A stretch of DNA of 64,000 nt. Source: a virus (lineage: Duplodnaviria; Caudoviricetes). Below, piece after piece: positions 1-9,505 of this stretch. Position numbers and translations under genes: made by a program. Within the stretch, counting starts at the first letter, position 1. Each line of letters begins with the position of its first letter. The DNA is taken from IMG/VR virus record IMGVR_UViG_3300032327_000792. One strand, 5' to 3'. The notes below the pieces were generated by a model. It was not told the DNA's origin. It saw only the letters and a program-made list of their open reading frames with translations, and made no database searches.

Positions 1-2
1 CG

Positions 3-140
3 CTGGACTGGCGCTGGTTGTTGAACAGAGATGACAGTCCTTGGTATTCAAGTGCCACACTGTTCCGACAGCCTCGGATGGGCGATTGGCAATCAGTGAC
101 AGAAAAGATCAACCAACATCTTGGCTGTTACAAGGTTTAA
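3..140 (+). CDS. C-terminal fragment of a TPR-associated glycosyltransferase (GT9-like) protein, truncated by window start
   Basis: Manual translation of frame 3 gives LDWRWLLNRDDSPWYSSATLFRQPRMGDWQSVTEKINQHLGCYKV*. The DWRW..R.DSPWY....LFRQ...GDW pattern is the typical C-terminus of TPR-glycosyltransferase proteins. Confidence 0.6.
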   Translation: MDWRWLLNRDDSPWYSSATLFRQPRMGDWQSVTEKINQHLGCYKV

Positions 141-436
141 GGCTGGTAGGCCACTACTTCGCCTGTGGCAGGATCTAGGTACAGTGAGACCAATCCCGAG
201 ACATTGGCGACCACTCTGACATTGCCCAAGAATACACCTGTGCCCGACGACTGTATGACTTTGTTGAGAGCGCCGTTGACGTTGCCCACATAGATTGTTT
301 GATCCGCTTGGCTGACCACTAGCTCGCTGGGGCGAGCATTGCCATTGTAGGCCACAATGTTGGCCTGTGCGTTGTCTTTCATCACAGCACGACTGATGCC
401 TGTGATGTCTGCGTATGGTGGGGGTGGATTAGCCAT
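137..436 (-). CDS. hypothetical protein (99 aa from MANPPPPY), possibly beta-rich virion/fibre accessory
   Basis: ORF track 137..493. The ATG at 436 overlaps the stop of an upstream small ORF (ATGGCTAA), so it is the more plausible start. Confidence 0.55.
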   Translation of the reverse strand: MANPPPPYADITGISRAVMKDNAQANIVAYNGNARPSELVVSQADQTIYVGNVNGALNKVIQSSGTGVFLGNVRVVANVSGLVSLYLDPATGEVVAYQP

Positions 437-569
437 TTGTGTTAACTTTCTTGTTGTACACAGGCACAGGATTTGTTGGCTTGATTGTGCCATAGCCCAC
501 TGGGTTGCCTATAGGTGAGGGTGGTGGGGGTTCTGCTACAAAGTTTGAAAATCTAATGCTGGTGATCAT
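429..569 (-). CDS. small Pro-rich hypothetical protein (46 aa)
   Basis: Manual translation MITSIRFSNFVAEPPPPSPIGNPVGYGTIKPTNPVPVYNKKVNTNG*. ATG lies 5 nt after a TAAATA box and the stop overlaps the next start. Confidence 0.45.
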   Translation of the reverse strand: MITSIRFSNFVAEPPPPSPIGNPVGYGTIKPTNPVPVYNKKVNTNG

Positions 570-574
570 GGCAA

Positions 575-580
575 TATTTA
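575..580 (-). promoter_or_regulatory. T4-type late promoter core (TAAATA)
   Basis: GATAAATA-TTGCC-ATG on the minus strand. Confidence 0.55.
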
Positions 581-584
581 TCGG

Positions 585-1334
585 TTAGGGCGTGAGTTTG
601 TGCTTGCAACGGTCACCGTGAAAAGCATTGTATCTATGTTTTGCAGATTTAACTGGACAATGCGGACATTGTATTTTTATTTGACTGTAGTGTGTACCTT
701 CTGCTCGCTGTTTTGCTACAGTGGCACTGATTGCAACCCCGTGTTCGACAGATTTCTTTGTACCTTTTAACGCCACTGATCGTTTAGTTTTTTCTGCGTC
801 ACTCATTGGCCCTTTTTTAATACCAGTCATTGCTATCTTCATTCTTGCTTTTTGTTCTTCTGTTCGCTTTTGCCCTGTGCGTTTAGCTACACCTTTAGCA
901 ATAGATTCTGAACTCATTTTTTTACCCAATGCAGATTTTCTATTTTTTTCTTTTTGTTCTTCTGTGGCCGGCACTCCTTTGTTATGCGCAGGACGACCTT
1001 TCATTGTAGTGGAGTGTATAAGAGAGAATTCTTTTTTAAGATTTTCGTAAACTCTGCTAGTTATTTTAGTTTCGTATCTTTTGGTATATTGCCCATTTCT
1101 TTTCATACCATTTAATGCATAAACCATTTTGGCTTTTGATTCTCCAGAATACATTTTTATCAATAACCAATGACATATAAAATGTTCTCTGGCTGTAAGA
1201 TCTACTAAATTTTCTTTATCGTTAGACCCGCCTAAACTGCGAGGAATAATATGGTGTCGTTCCTTATATCCATTGAGAGAGCGAGTTTTTGCATTTTCTG
1301 TTATGTTGTTGTACCAAGTATTATATTTGCTCAT
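585..1334 (-). CDS. free-standing HNH homing endonuclease with NUMOD3-like repeats and C-terminal CxxC
   Basis: HHIIPRSLGGSNDKENLVDLTAREHFICH HNH motif, basic repeats (KRTEEQKARM) and CPHC near the C-terminus. Start at MSKYNT is 5 nt after TAAATA. Confidence 0.85.
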   Translation of the reverse strand: MSKYNTWYNNITENAKTRSLNGYKERHHIIPRSLGGSNDKENLVDLTAREHFICHWLLIKMYSGESKAKMVYALNGMKRNGQYTKRYETKITSRVYENLKKEFSLIHSTTMKGRPAHNKGVPATEEQKEKNRKSALGKKMSSESIAKGVAKRTGQKRTEEQKARMKIAMTGIKKGPMSDAEKTKRSVALKGTKKSVEHGVAISATVAKQRAEGTHYSQIKIQCPHCPVKSAKHRYNAFHGDRCKHKLTP

Positions 1335-1339
1335 GCTAT

Positions 1340-1345
1340 TATTTA
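1340..1345 (-). promoter_or_regulatory. T4-type late promoter core (TAAATA)
   Basis: GATAAATA-ATAGC-ATG upstream of the HNH gene. Confidence 0.55.
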
Positions 1346-1379
1346 TCAAAATTTGTCATTCACTTAATATTATAGTCAC

Positions 1380-1404
1380 AAAAAAACCACTTTGCAGTGG
1401 TTTT
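1380..1404 (-). terminator. intrinsic terminator after major capsid gene
   Basis: Minus strand AAAACCAC-TGCAAA-GTGGTTTT followed by further Ts, about 40 nt after the gp23 stop. Confidence 0.8.
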
Positions 1405-1446
1405 CTTGCTTCTTCCCATCCCTGAGAAAAATAAACTTCGATTTTC

Positions 1447-2643
1447 TTACGAAAAGCTAAGGTTCTGTACTGCGATTTCGCCAAGGTAATCAGCTGCGTT
1501 CCCGAACGATGATGCAGTGTTCGTGAGCTCGACGTATCCGTATCTCGTCATAAACGAAACTACTGGTTCGAATGTTGTTGGATCTAACACAACACCAGAA
1601 CTCATCAACGGAATGTATGGGCAATAGAACGCAGCTGCGTCAGCTTCTGATGAACCCTTGTAGCCAACCAACACAGGTGTTGTGTCACTAGCGTAAGAGT
1701 CAACAAACACACGCATTGCACCGTTCAATGTACCAACAAACTTGGTGTTTGTGGGTGCTTCGAATGTGCCTTCTGTTGTGCGAGCAAATGCTGAAGTAGT
1801 TGCAGATTGCAACACTGTCAATGCAGCTGAAGAAACAACAGCCCAGTTACCAGCGCCACGACGTGTACGCTGAGCGATCAAGTTAGCAACACGGTTGATC
1901 AAAACTGCCAATGCGGCATGCTCGTCACCAACGAATGTAGCTGTACCTGATACAGTAGCTTGGTTGTATGTAAATTCAGTTGTGGCCAAAGTGCGTAAGC
2001 TCAATAAGATCTCTTGATCGATCTCAGCTGTGATCTCTTGTGCAAGAGCAGCCATGATTTCTGCTTCAACGTCGATACCGTGCATAGCTTGTGCATCTTG
2101 AGCTGACTCAAATGTCCAACGAGCTTGCAACTTACGTGTCTTGGCTTCAACAGCTTGTTTCAAGATTTGTACTGAAATTTGCTTACCGCCTGTGCCTTCC
2201 ATTGTTGCTGTATTACCACCTGTGTAATTGGCTGTACTTGTAGTAGCCTGTGGCACTGTTGAGTAAGCTGTAGCAATTGTGAATGGACTCAAAGCTTCTT
2301 GACCAGCAGTTACTGATGTTGCAGCAGCTGATGTGTCTGTCAAACTTTGTGCATAACGTACACGTAATGTGTGAATCTGACCCACTGGGCCAGTCATTGG
2401 CTGAACACCAACTAATTCATTGGCAATAACAGTCGGCATTACACGACGAATAACTGGAAGAATCACACGGTTTAATGTAGCGATGTTGCCAGATGATGTT
2501 GAACCAGCACTTGCGTTCTCTTTCAAATACTTGCGTGTATTCTCAAGAATAACGTTCATACTGTTGCGCTTGGAACCTGAAAGACCTTCCATCAAGGCGT
2601 CTTTAGTTTCTGACCAGCGACTTTCTAATAGTTCTTGTGACAT
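1447..2643 (-). CDS. gp23: major capsid protein, T4 gp23-like
   Basis: ELVGVQPMTGPVGQIHTLR, KTRKLQARWTFESAQD..AMHGIDVEAE, FYCPYIPL and MTRYG motifs; AGGAG SD upstream. Confidence 0.95.
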   Translation of the reverse strand: MSQELLESRWSETKDALMEGLSGSKRNSMNVILENTRKYLKENASAGSTSSGNIATLNRVILPVIRRVMPTVIANELVGVQPMTGPVGQIHTLRVRYAQSLTDTSAAATSVTAGQEALSPFTIATAYSTVPQATTSTANYTGGNTATMEGTGGKQISVQILKQAVEAKTRKLQARWTFESAQDAQAMHGIDVEAEIMAALAQEITAEIDQEILLSLRTLATTEFTYNQATVSGTATFVGDEHAALAVLINRVANLIAQRTRRGAGNWAVVSSAALTVLQSATTSAFARTTEGTFEAPTNTKFVGTLNGAMRVFVDSYASDTTPVLVGYKGSSEADAAAFYCPYIPLMSSGVVLDPTTFEPVVSFMTRYGYVELTNTASSFGNAADYLGEIAVQNLSFS

Positions 2644-2664
2644 TTAAGTCTCCTTTTTTTCTAA

Positions 2665-3753
2665 TTATAATCCTGCCAAGCGTTTGAGATCAATAACATT
2701 GCTGTTATCTTCTTCTTCAACCACTCGCACAGATTTATCGCCAGTGACTTCGGCAACAGATTCAGTAATTACTTTAGAGGCTTTTACTGAACGGTTTTCC
2801 AAAACAGCTGGTAGATACTTTTCAAAAGCATTTGTTAGACGTGATGTCTGAACGCTTTCGAGTAAATTACGCATAACTTCTTGCTTTTCCCGGTTCAAAG
2901 GAGCAAGCAAATCATCCATTGTGCTTTGACGCTCATTGGTTTCTTTGATCACACGTATTTCACGTTCTTTTGACTCAACCAAAACTTTTGCTTTCTGGGT
3001 TAGTCGGATGGCTTCGCTCAATTGTGTATCTTTGTGAGCAATTACGTCATGCAATTTACGAACTTCTGCGTTCTCATTTAAGTGAGTTGCACCAAATTCT
3101 GCTGCGTATGCTTCAAAAATACGACGACCAAAGTTGTTCTCGCGAGCAGCTTTGATGTCTTCTTGCAATTGAGAAAGTTCAGCTTTGAGATGTTTGCTAA
3201 CAGCTTGGCTCATCTTTGAAGCAGATTCTTTCACAAATCTACTCTTTAGACCTTCCAATTGAGCACGGGCTTCACGCACCAAACGAACCTTGGTCTCAAC
3301 GACGTCTTGTTTGTCTTGTGCAAATTCTTGAATTTCACGTGCCAAAGCGTGTACAATAAAGCCTTCTAATTTTTCTAAACCTTCATTGTGTGCTTTGCGA
3401 TCTCGACGCAGTTCGCCAATTTCTTCTGCAAGTTTTGTGACCATAAAGTTGTTGAACTTTGTGGCTGATTCACTCATCTTGCTTTGGAACCGAACGCGGT
3501 CTTCGGCGATTGCTTGCTTTTCAGCGGCAACTGCTTCTAACTCTGCTGTGAGACCTTCTGTTACCATACGATCCAGGGCTTCCACCATTACTGATTTGTC
3601 ATGCTCATAGCGTTGTGCAAACTCTTCACGGAGTTCTGCACGTACCTGTTCACGAGCTTCGTTTAGCTTTGATTCCCATGCTTCAGAAATCTCTTGCTTG
3701 GCTTCCTCGTTGATCAAGTCGCTATCTAATAATGGTTTAATAGCATCTAACAT
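2665..3753 (-). CDS. prohead core scaffolding protein, gp22-like
   Basis: Coiled-coil, Glu-rich 362 aa between protease and capsid genes; GGAG SD upstream. Confidence 0.75.
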   Translation of the reverse strand: MLDAIKPLLDSDLINEEAKQEISEAWESKLNEAREQVRAELREEFAQRYEHDKSVMVEALDRMVTEGLTAELEAVAAEKQAIAEDRVRFQSKMSESATKFNNFMVTKLAEEIGELRRDRKAHNEGLEKLEGFIVHALAREIQEFAQDKQDVVETKVRLVREARAQLEGLKSRFVKESASKMSQAVSKHLKAELSQLQEDIKAARENNFGRRIFEAYAAEFGATHLNENAEVRKLHDVIAHKDTQLSEAIRLTQKAKVLVESKEREIRVIKETNERQSTMDDLLAPLNREKQEVMRNLLESVQTSRLTNAFEKYLPAVLENRSVKASKVITESVAEVTGDKSVRVVEEEDNSNVIDLKRLAGL

Positions 3754-3765
3754 GCTTATTTCTCC

Positions 3766-4407
3766 TTAGATTTTGAGATCTTTGATCAGGCGCATTACTT
3801 CCTGTTTCAAATATCTCTGTGCTTTGTTGCTCGACGCTGGGTCCTTGTACATATCCAACAATCTCTGTCCGCCACGCATGTTGAGCAGGCCTTCATAGAT
3901 TGCTGTTGGATAAGCATTTGGAGCACTTGGTTGAGCAACCACATCAACAGTGACAATTTCAAAGTCACTGACATGTCCGTTGCGGTCGTCGACGTTTCCT
4001 GATCCACGACTACTAACACCTAATTTAACACCTGATTGCAACATAGTTTTCACTAGTTCGCCCATGGGTGTTGGTAATATCTTTAGCGTACCATATCCGG
4101 CAGGACCGTCCATCCACATTTTTTCAATCATGTGACTCACACGATCCAGGTTAATTTTCAAATCATCTGGGTGATCAACTTCGCCCAACACTGAATGACC
4201 TGTTTTGATCTGTTCGTTGACTGTGTCCACTGCCTTGGCTATTTCGTGTACTGGATATACTCGCTCGTTGGCGTTTTTTACGCCGCCCTCAATACAAATA
4301 CCCTTTAACTTCATGGTTTTTGTACCTGAGCCATCCTGAGCTTCCTCAAGCAGTACCTCGGCACGTGCTTGAGTGAAGCTTAGATGTTCCTGTAGATATC
4401 GAGCCAT
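3766..4407 (-). CDS. gp21: prohead maturation protease, gp21-like
   Basis: N.N.R.YP, LGEVDHP, LKILPTPMG, GVSSRGSG and DVVAQPSAPNAYP motifs. Confidence 0.92.
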   Translation of the reverse strand: MARYLQEHLSFTQARAEVLLEEAQDGSGTKTMKLKGICIEGGVKNANERVYPVHEIAKAVDTVNEQIKTGHSVLGEVDHPDDLKINLDRVSHMIEKMWMDGPAGYGTLKILPTPMGELVKTMLQSGVKLGVSSRGSGNVDDRNGHVSDFEIVTVDVVAQPSAPNAYPTAIYEGLLNMRGGQRLLDMYKDPASSNKAQRYLKQEVMRLIKDLKI

Positions 4408-4415
4408 ATCTCTAG

Positions 4416-5234
4416 TTAGGCCTTAGGAAATGGTGTACGTGTATTAACACCCGTTGCCTGTGCTGTCACTGGCTTGGTAGCTGGACCTTGTTTTGGGCTA
4501 GTTGTACCACCCATGTCCTTGGCTGTTGGAGCTGGACGACCTTTGGCTTCTGCGCCTGTTGTTGACACTGGCTTGGCAACTGCACCTGCAGCACCTGCGT
4601 TAGCAGCCACTGTAGACTTGGTATTTGTGCCGCCTTCTTCTGTGGTAACTGGCTTAGGAGCTGCTTTGAGATCAACTGCTTCCATAAAGCCCATTTGGCC
4701 TTCTGGTGCAAATTCTTCTGTGTCGTCCATTTCTAGAGCGTCACCTTCTACGTCGCCGTCGATGCCTGCATCGCCATCTTCACCGTCGTTGTCAAAACCG
4801 TCGTTGCCCATCATGGCTTCAAATTCAGCCATTAATTCGTCTAACTTGTCTTCCAAGTCAACCACACGATCTTCAATGTCGGCTTCGTCTTGAGCATCGC
4901 CCATGTCATCGCCGTCAATCATTTCTTCTTCGGCATCCATTTCGATTTCTTCATCTTCCATGGAAATGCCTTGTTCTTCCATTTCAACGTCGGCGATCAA
5001 ATCATCACTGGCGTCTCCACCGATGGCTTCGTGCATTTCATCGTATTCAATGTCTTTGGCAACTTTTTTACCAGCTTGTTCAGCTTTGTCGTCGCGCTCA
5101 GCATCTGTCTCTTCATCCATGAGATTTTCATAGATTTCACGTGATTTCTCTACCACGATGTCGTGAAATAATTCACGGGCTTTTGATTCGTCATCATTGA
5201 TAACGTATTCAATTAGTTGTTCAAATTTATTCAT
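4416..5234 (-). CDS. acidic head-assembly/core protein (272 aa) with Ala/Thr/Pro/Lys-rich C-terminal tail
   Basis: ORF in the head operon; GGAGG SD before MNKFEQ at 5234; very Asp/Glu-rich middle. Confidence 0.6.
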   Translation of the reverse strand: MNKFEQLIEYVINDDESKARELFHDIVVEKSREIYENLMDEETDAERDDKAEQAGKKVAKDIEYDEMHEAIGGDASDDLIADVEMEEQGISMEDEEIEMDAEEEMIDGDDMGDAQDEADIEDRVVDLEDKLDELMAEFEAMMGNDGFDNDGEDGDAGIDGDVEGDALEMDDTEEFAPEGQMGFMEAVDLKAAPKPVTTEEGGTNTKSTVAANAGAAGAVAKPVSTTGAEAKGRPAPTAKDMGGTTSPKQGPATKPVTAQATGVNTRTPFPKA

Positions 5235-5265
5235 GAGTCCCTCCAATGTAAATGGCTCTTGGATG

Positions 5266-5299
5266 TATTTAAGCACCGAGAGTAATATTGGTGTATTTA
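5266..5299 (-). promoter_or_regulatory. two late promoter cores (TAAATA at 5294-5299 and 5266-5271)
   Basis: CTAAATA and TTAAATA on the minus strand upstream of the 272-aa gene. Confidence 0.5.
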
Positions 5300-5330
5300 G
5301 GGGACGAAAGTGGCGAAAATGACTGTTTTG

Positions 5331-5552
5331 TTACAGTCCCGGGGGTGTCGGAGGTGGTGCGTACTGCTGACGAATCAGCTTGAGTTTTTCTTTGTATTCG
5401 TAGGTACGCACATCATTCATCTGACGTAGTTTACGAATTTGTCGCAAAGTCAGTCGAGTTTTACGCAAACTACCTAGCGTAGGTTGACTGTTGTCTTGAC
5501 CAACATCTTGGTAGGACTCAGGTTGACGTTGATATAGCTCGTTGAGGATCAT
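5331..5552 (-). CDS. small hypothetical head-module protein (73 aa)
   Basis: ORF between portal and core genes, 4 nt after a perfect TATAAATA. Confidence 0.65.
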   Translation of the reverse strand: MILNELYQRQPESYQDVGQDNSQPTLGSLRKTRLTLRQIRKLRQMNDVRTYEYKEKLKLIRQQYAPPPTPPGL

Positions 5553-5556
5553 GCTG

Positions 5557-5564
5557 TATTTATA
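5557..5564 (-). promoter_or_regulatory. perfect T4 late promoter TATAAATA
   Basis: TATAAATA-CAGC-ATG on the minus strand. Confidence 0.7.
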
Positions 5565-7355
5565 TTATATTGTGGGTATTGCAGGAGCACCCGGGGGAGC
5601 GCCAGCCGGTGGAGTGGCCACTGTACCCAATGGCTCACCCTGCGGAGCACCTGCTGTTGCGCCCACTTCGGCGCCAGCAAGCTCTTGACCAGTGGCAATA
5701 TCAGTTTCCAAACCGGCTGGAGTAATGCCAATACTGCGTAGATCCTGCCCTTGTGTGGTCTGTAGTTCAGGTTGATCACGTTCTTCGCGCCACATTTTTT
5801 CGTTTTCCACAATCTCTTCTTCACTCAAACCTAGGTAGCGATTCATCAAAAAACGCTTGCTCATGTAGGGCAGTGCTTCCAACTGTGTGAAACTTTGAAT
5901 ACGACTGGTGTCCAGTTCAGCCTGTCTATAACTAGCAAAGTTCTGTGGTTCGCAGAATGTGATATTGAACAAACCAGAGTCAATGTTGAAGCCTCTCCAG
6001 CGCATGAACATTTTGAATTCGTCATCTAGCTTTTGACAAATTAGCTTTTGCAAACGCTCGCAATACTGGTTGAATCTGTATTCTTGAATCAGTGCTGTGC
6101 CCACACGCCCGTCTGAAACTGTGCGATCTGAATCGTCTGGTCCTGTGGGTAAATAGCTTGATGGCACACGCAAACCACGTGCCATTTTGTTGTTGAAGTA
6201 CTTTAAATCGTCAATTTCACCAAGGTTTGATCCGCCTGGCAGTGTTTCCACTGATGATCCACGACCTTCTGATGTCTGTGGGAAAAAGTAGTCTTCGTTG
6301 ATACTCAATGGATTGTATGTGGCATCCATTTGGTTTTGTCCACCACCGCTGACTGTGGGTATTCTGCGCTGATGCATTTCGTTTTTGACCCGTTCCACAA
6401 ACGCCATGGCCATGTGGCTGGGCATGTTGCCCACGTCAATTTTGAATATTCTACGTTCAGGAGCACGCTGTACACGATAGATCAACACTGCATCTTCCAG
6501 CAATTCTTTTTGTTTGAACACTTTGAAAATGTTCTCTAGGATACTTTGTCCAAATGGCCAGAAGTAGTCCAGGCCTTCGCTCAGGCTCATGTGTACCACG
6601 TGTTTGGCATCAATACAGCTTTCGTTCATAGCTGTCTGGAAACGACTGCCTGAGTTTCCACCTGCGCCACCTGCACCGCTGGGTGCGTTGTAGTTGCCTT
6701 GATTGGTGATTGAGCCCACACTGGGGTTGACCACAAAGTCCTGTAGCGTTTTGGCTGCCACAGTCATGTTTTGAAAGTTAGGGTTGATGTCGCGAATGAT
6801 GTACTGTTCTGGTCGCTTGCCTTCTGACTCGTTCACGATGATTCTGGCAATTTTGCTCATTTCGACCCAGTACATTTCAAACGTTTCTGGGTCACGCACA
6901 AATACTTGATCTCCGTACTTGATGGTGTTACGGAACAGTTTGAAAATTCTTTGATCCAGCTTGTTTAGTTTGGTCCACTGTTGCAGTTGCTTTTTGATAA
7001 TTTCAACTTCGTGGTCAGTGGGTTTGTCTGTGAACTGTATGTCAAACGGTGTTTGATTGTCGTCGTTGGTCTGTGTTGAAAACTCAGCAATGATATCTAA
7101 ACAGGCATTGATTTCTGAGTCGCAGTCCATGTTCTCATACTGATTGTAACGTTCAATACGATTAGGGTGTCCAGAATATACTTCGGGCAATCTGCTGGCA
7201 TAGTTGCGGAATGCAAACTCATTTTGAGCTGCCCAGGGATTTTGACCAGCATCGCCTGTTTTGGCATAGCCCGGAAGTCCAAATTGATTCTTGCCCGAAA
7301 TAGGACTTAGTGTGCCGTTGGTGTCAGCGACTTTGAAATACTTTCTCCAGCTCAA
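5565..7355 (-). CDS. gp20: portal vertex protein, gp20-like
   Basis: EDAVLIYRVQRAPERRIFKIDVGNMP, EDYFFPQ..GRGS.VETLPGG.NLGEIDDLKYF motifs; TTG start with GAGGA SD; TAAATA at 7380-7385. Confidence 0.95.
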   Translation of the reverse strand: MSWRKYFKVADTNGTLSPISGKNQFGLPGYAKTGDAGQNPWAAQNEFAFRNYASRLPEVYSGHPNRIERYNQYENMDCDSEINACLDIIAEFSTQTNDDNQTPFDIQFTDKPTDHEVEIIKKQLQQWTKLNKLDQRIFKLFRNTIKYGDQVFVRDPETFEMYWVEMSKIARIIVNESEGKRPEQYIIRDINPNFQNMTVAAKTLQDFVVNPSVGSITNQGNYNAPSGAGGAGGNSGSRFQTAMNESCIDAKHVVHMSLSEGLDYFWPFGQSILENIFKVFKQKELLEDAVLIYRVQRAPERRIFKIDVGNMPSHMAMAFVERVKNEMHQRRIPTVSGGGQNQMDATYNPLSINEDYFFPQTSEGRGSSVETLPGGSNLGEIDDLKYFNNKMARGLRVPSSYLPTGPDDSDRTVSDGRVGTALIQEYRFNQYCERLQKLICQKLDDEFKMFMRWRGFNIDSGLFNITFCEPQNFASYRQAELDTSRIQSFTQLEALPYMSKRFLMNRYLGLSEEEIVENEKMWREERDQPELQTTQGQDLRSIGITPAGLETDIATGQELAGAEVGATAGAPQGEPLGTVATPPAGAPPGAPAIPTI

Positions 7356-7392
7356 TTGTCAATCCTCTATATAGTGTGTTATTTACCGTGAG

Positions 7393-9471
7393 TTAACTAG
7401 AGTATGACAATAACTTGTTGGACACACTGAGCTGACTTTTCATGACTGTGACCAGTTCTTCCAGTTTGGATAGCTGAGCTTGCATGATACCAGAGTCTGA
7501 ATTTGGTGATGCACTGCCTGTGTTAGGGCTAGGTTGTATGCTGATTGATTCTGTGCCGTGCATGGTTAGATTTGGACGATATCCACTGGACGGTCCACTG
7601 ATTATGCCATTGAATCCGTTGGCAGCAGAAATTTCTGCATGTACATGAGGTGCATCCGGATATCTTGCAGCACCAATGACTTTGGCTCCCATGCTAGACA
7701 ATGCTGCCTCAACTTCGGGATATTTGTCAGGATTATTCAAAACCAAGTCAAATGCTCGACCTTTGGTATGAGCACTGCTGTTGTCGTGTGACTGATCATT
7801 AAACGCACTAAAGTATTTGATATCGGCGCCGTATCTAGAATTAATGTCTCTGGCAAGTTTTAAAATACCTTCGGTGGCTTCACCGCCGGCTGTGGACTCT
7901 GCTTGTTTGATTGGCAATCCTGCATATGGATTGCCAGTGGAGGCCACTAATTGTTCTTGTGCGGCTTGGCCTCGCATATATTTGAACTCAGCACCAACTC
8001 GAGCTCCCATTCTACCAAAAAATCCTTTGCCTTCAGCTCCAGCCTTGTTGGCGGCTTCGTTGCCTGCTCCCGTGGCTCCGCCTGGGCCTGGGCCAATGCC
8101 CAATGCATTGTTTACTTTGTTAATTGCATCACGCATAGCTGTACTAAATGCATCAACTACCACAGCTGCCTGGGGTAACAACGTAAATCCTAGCAAATTA
8201 AGCTCTTGGCTCATTCTTTCAAGATTTTGTTGAGCAGACACTGTGGCGTCAGTTAACTTGTCACCGCCCTTGGTTTGCTCACTTTGGACTTTCTTAACTA
8301 GTCCTCGTCCTTCGACCAACTGAGCATTGTTTAAATCTGCTTGTTGAGCAAAATCTACAAACGCAGAATTAGCACGATCTACAAATCGAGCATTCTCACG
8401 AGCAGCATCTCCTTGTGCTCTACTAGCCGCTTGTAGTCGTTTGGCTGCTTCGTATTGATCTATATTTCCAGATTTGATCTGTTCAATGATATCTTGAGCT
8501 GCACCGCCTGTGGATGTTAATAATTTTCTAGCAGCATCTGTATTGGCAGCGCCCGACGCTAGGTCTCTGGCACCTTGTCCTAGTTCTGGGCCAATTGCTT
8601 GCATCTGGCTTTGAAAAGCCATTAGAGCTTTGGCCTGGTCAACCTGACCGTTGGCCATCAGCGTTTCGTAGTTGGCTCTGAAACGACTTTCGCTTAGAGC
8701 AGCATCTTGTTGTTTTTGTATAGCATCACGACTTAGACCTGTTACTTTGGTTAATTCGTCTAGTTCCTGAGCATATTGAATAGTACCGGCTGTCAGTTGT
8801 TGTTGAGTCATAGCCTGACTGCGACCCAACCTTGTTTGCTGTGTTACAAAAGCCGCAGTGGTTACAGCAATCTCGTCAGCATTTAATCCCAAACGACGTA
8901 ACTCTATACCTGCACCACTGGTATCTTGTGTTAGATCCCCAACAATGCTGGCAAATTCATCGGCACCTGTGCCAGTTAATCCACGGAATTTGGCCAGTGC
9001 TTGAGAATTCTCTACTACTTGCTTTTGGAAACTTTGTAGACTCAGCCCTGAACGTATAAACTGTTCGCGAACACCACTCATGCCTTTGGCAGTGAGACCC
9101 CCCACTTTGCCAATTTCCACAAAACTCTTGGCTGTGTTGTCCAGGGCATCCACTGCCATCTTGGATGCTTCGCCAATGCCTTTGGCTAGACCAGCAAGCG
9201 CATCGCCAAACACAGGAACAGTTTTTGCCAGACTTCCAACCAATCCTGTGGCTGTGTCAATTATGCCGTTGAATGCTTTGAGATCTGTTTCGCCTTTGCC
9301 TACAGCAGCACCAAATTTGGCCACTCCGCCAACAGCCTGCATAGTGGCATCTACTTGTTTTTTGAGTTTCTTTTGAGCATCTGTGAGGCCAGTGGTGGAA
9401 TCCGACAGTCCGCCAAATGCTCCTCGCAATTCTTCCATCAGTTGTTGCAGTTCTTCGTTTTCTATGGCCAT
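7393..9471 (-). CDS. tape-measure/hub-like virion protein with C-terminal M15 (LAS-type) Zn-peptidase motif
   Basis: Ala/Gly/Gln-rich helical body; SAHTKGRAFD (H-x6-D) and PHVHAE (HxH) near the C-terminus. Confidence 0.6.
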   Translation of the reverse strand: MAIENEELQQLMEELRGAFGGLSDSTTGLTDAQKKLKKQVDATMQAVGGVAKFGAAVGKGETDLKAFNGIIDTATGLVGSLAKTVPVFGDALAGLAKGIGEASKMAVDALDNTAKSFVEIGKVGGLTAKGMSGVREQFIRSGLSLQSFQKQVVENSQALAKFRGLTGTGADEFASIVGDLTQDTSGAGIELRRLGLNADEIAVTTAAFVTQQTRLGRSQAMTQQQLTAGTIQYAQELDELTKVTGLSRDAIQKQQDAALSESRFRANYETLMANGQVDQAKALMAFQSQMQAIGPELGQGARDLASGAANTDAARKLLTSTGGAAQDIIEQIKSGNIDQYEAAKRLQAASRAQGDAARENARFVDRANSAFVDFAQQADLNNAQLVEGRGLVKKVQSEQTKGGDKLTDATVSAQQNLERMSQELNLLGFTLLPQAAVVVDAFSTAMRDAINKVNNALGIGPGPGGATGAGNEAANKAGAEGKGFFGRMGARVGAEFKYMRGQAAQEQLVASTGNPYAGLPIKQAESTAGGEATEGILKLARDINSRYGADIKYFSAFNDQSHDNSSAHTKGRAFDLVLNNPDKYPEVEAALSSMGAKVIGAARYPDAPHVHAEISAANGFNGIISGPSSGYRPNLTMHGTESISIQPSPNTGSASPNSDSGIMQAQLSKLEELVTVMKSQLSVSNKLLSYSS

Positions 9472-9485
9472 GTGTTTTTACCCGA

Positions 9486-9505
9486 TAAGTATTGTTATAT
9501 TTATA
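9486..9505. promoter_or_regulatory. divergent late promoter region: TATAAATA (minus, 9498-9505) and TAAGTA variant (plus, 9486-9491)
   Basis: 45-nt gap between divergent genes starting at 9471(-) and 9517(+). Confidence 0.55.

Noticed and set aside
410-436. PPPY sequence resembling a eukaryotic viral late-domain motif
   Set aside because: The context is clearly a bacteriophage; chance occurrence in a Pro run is sufficient.
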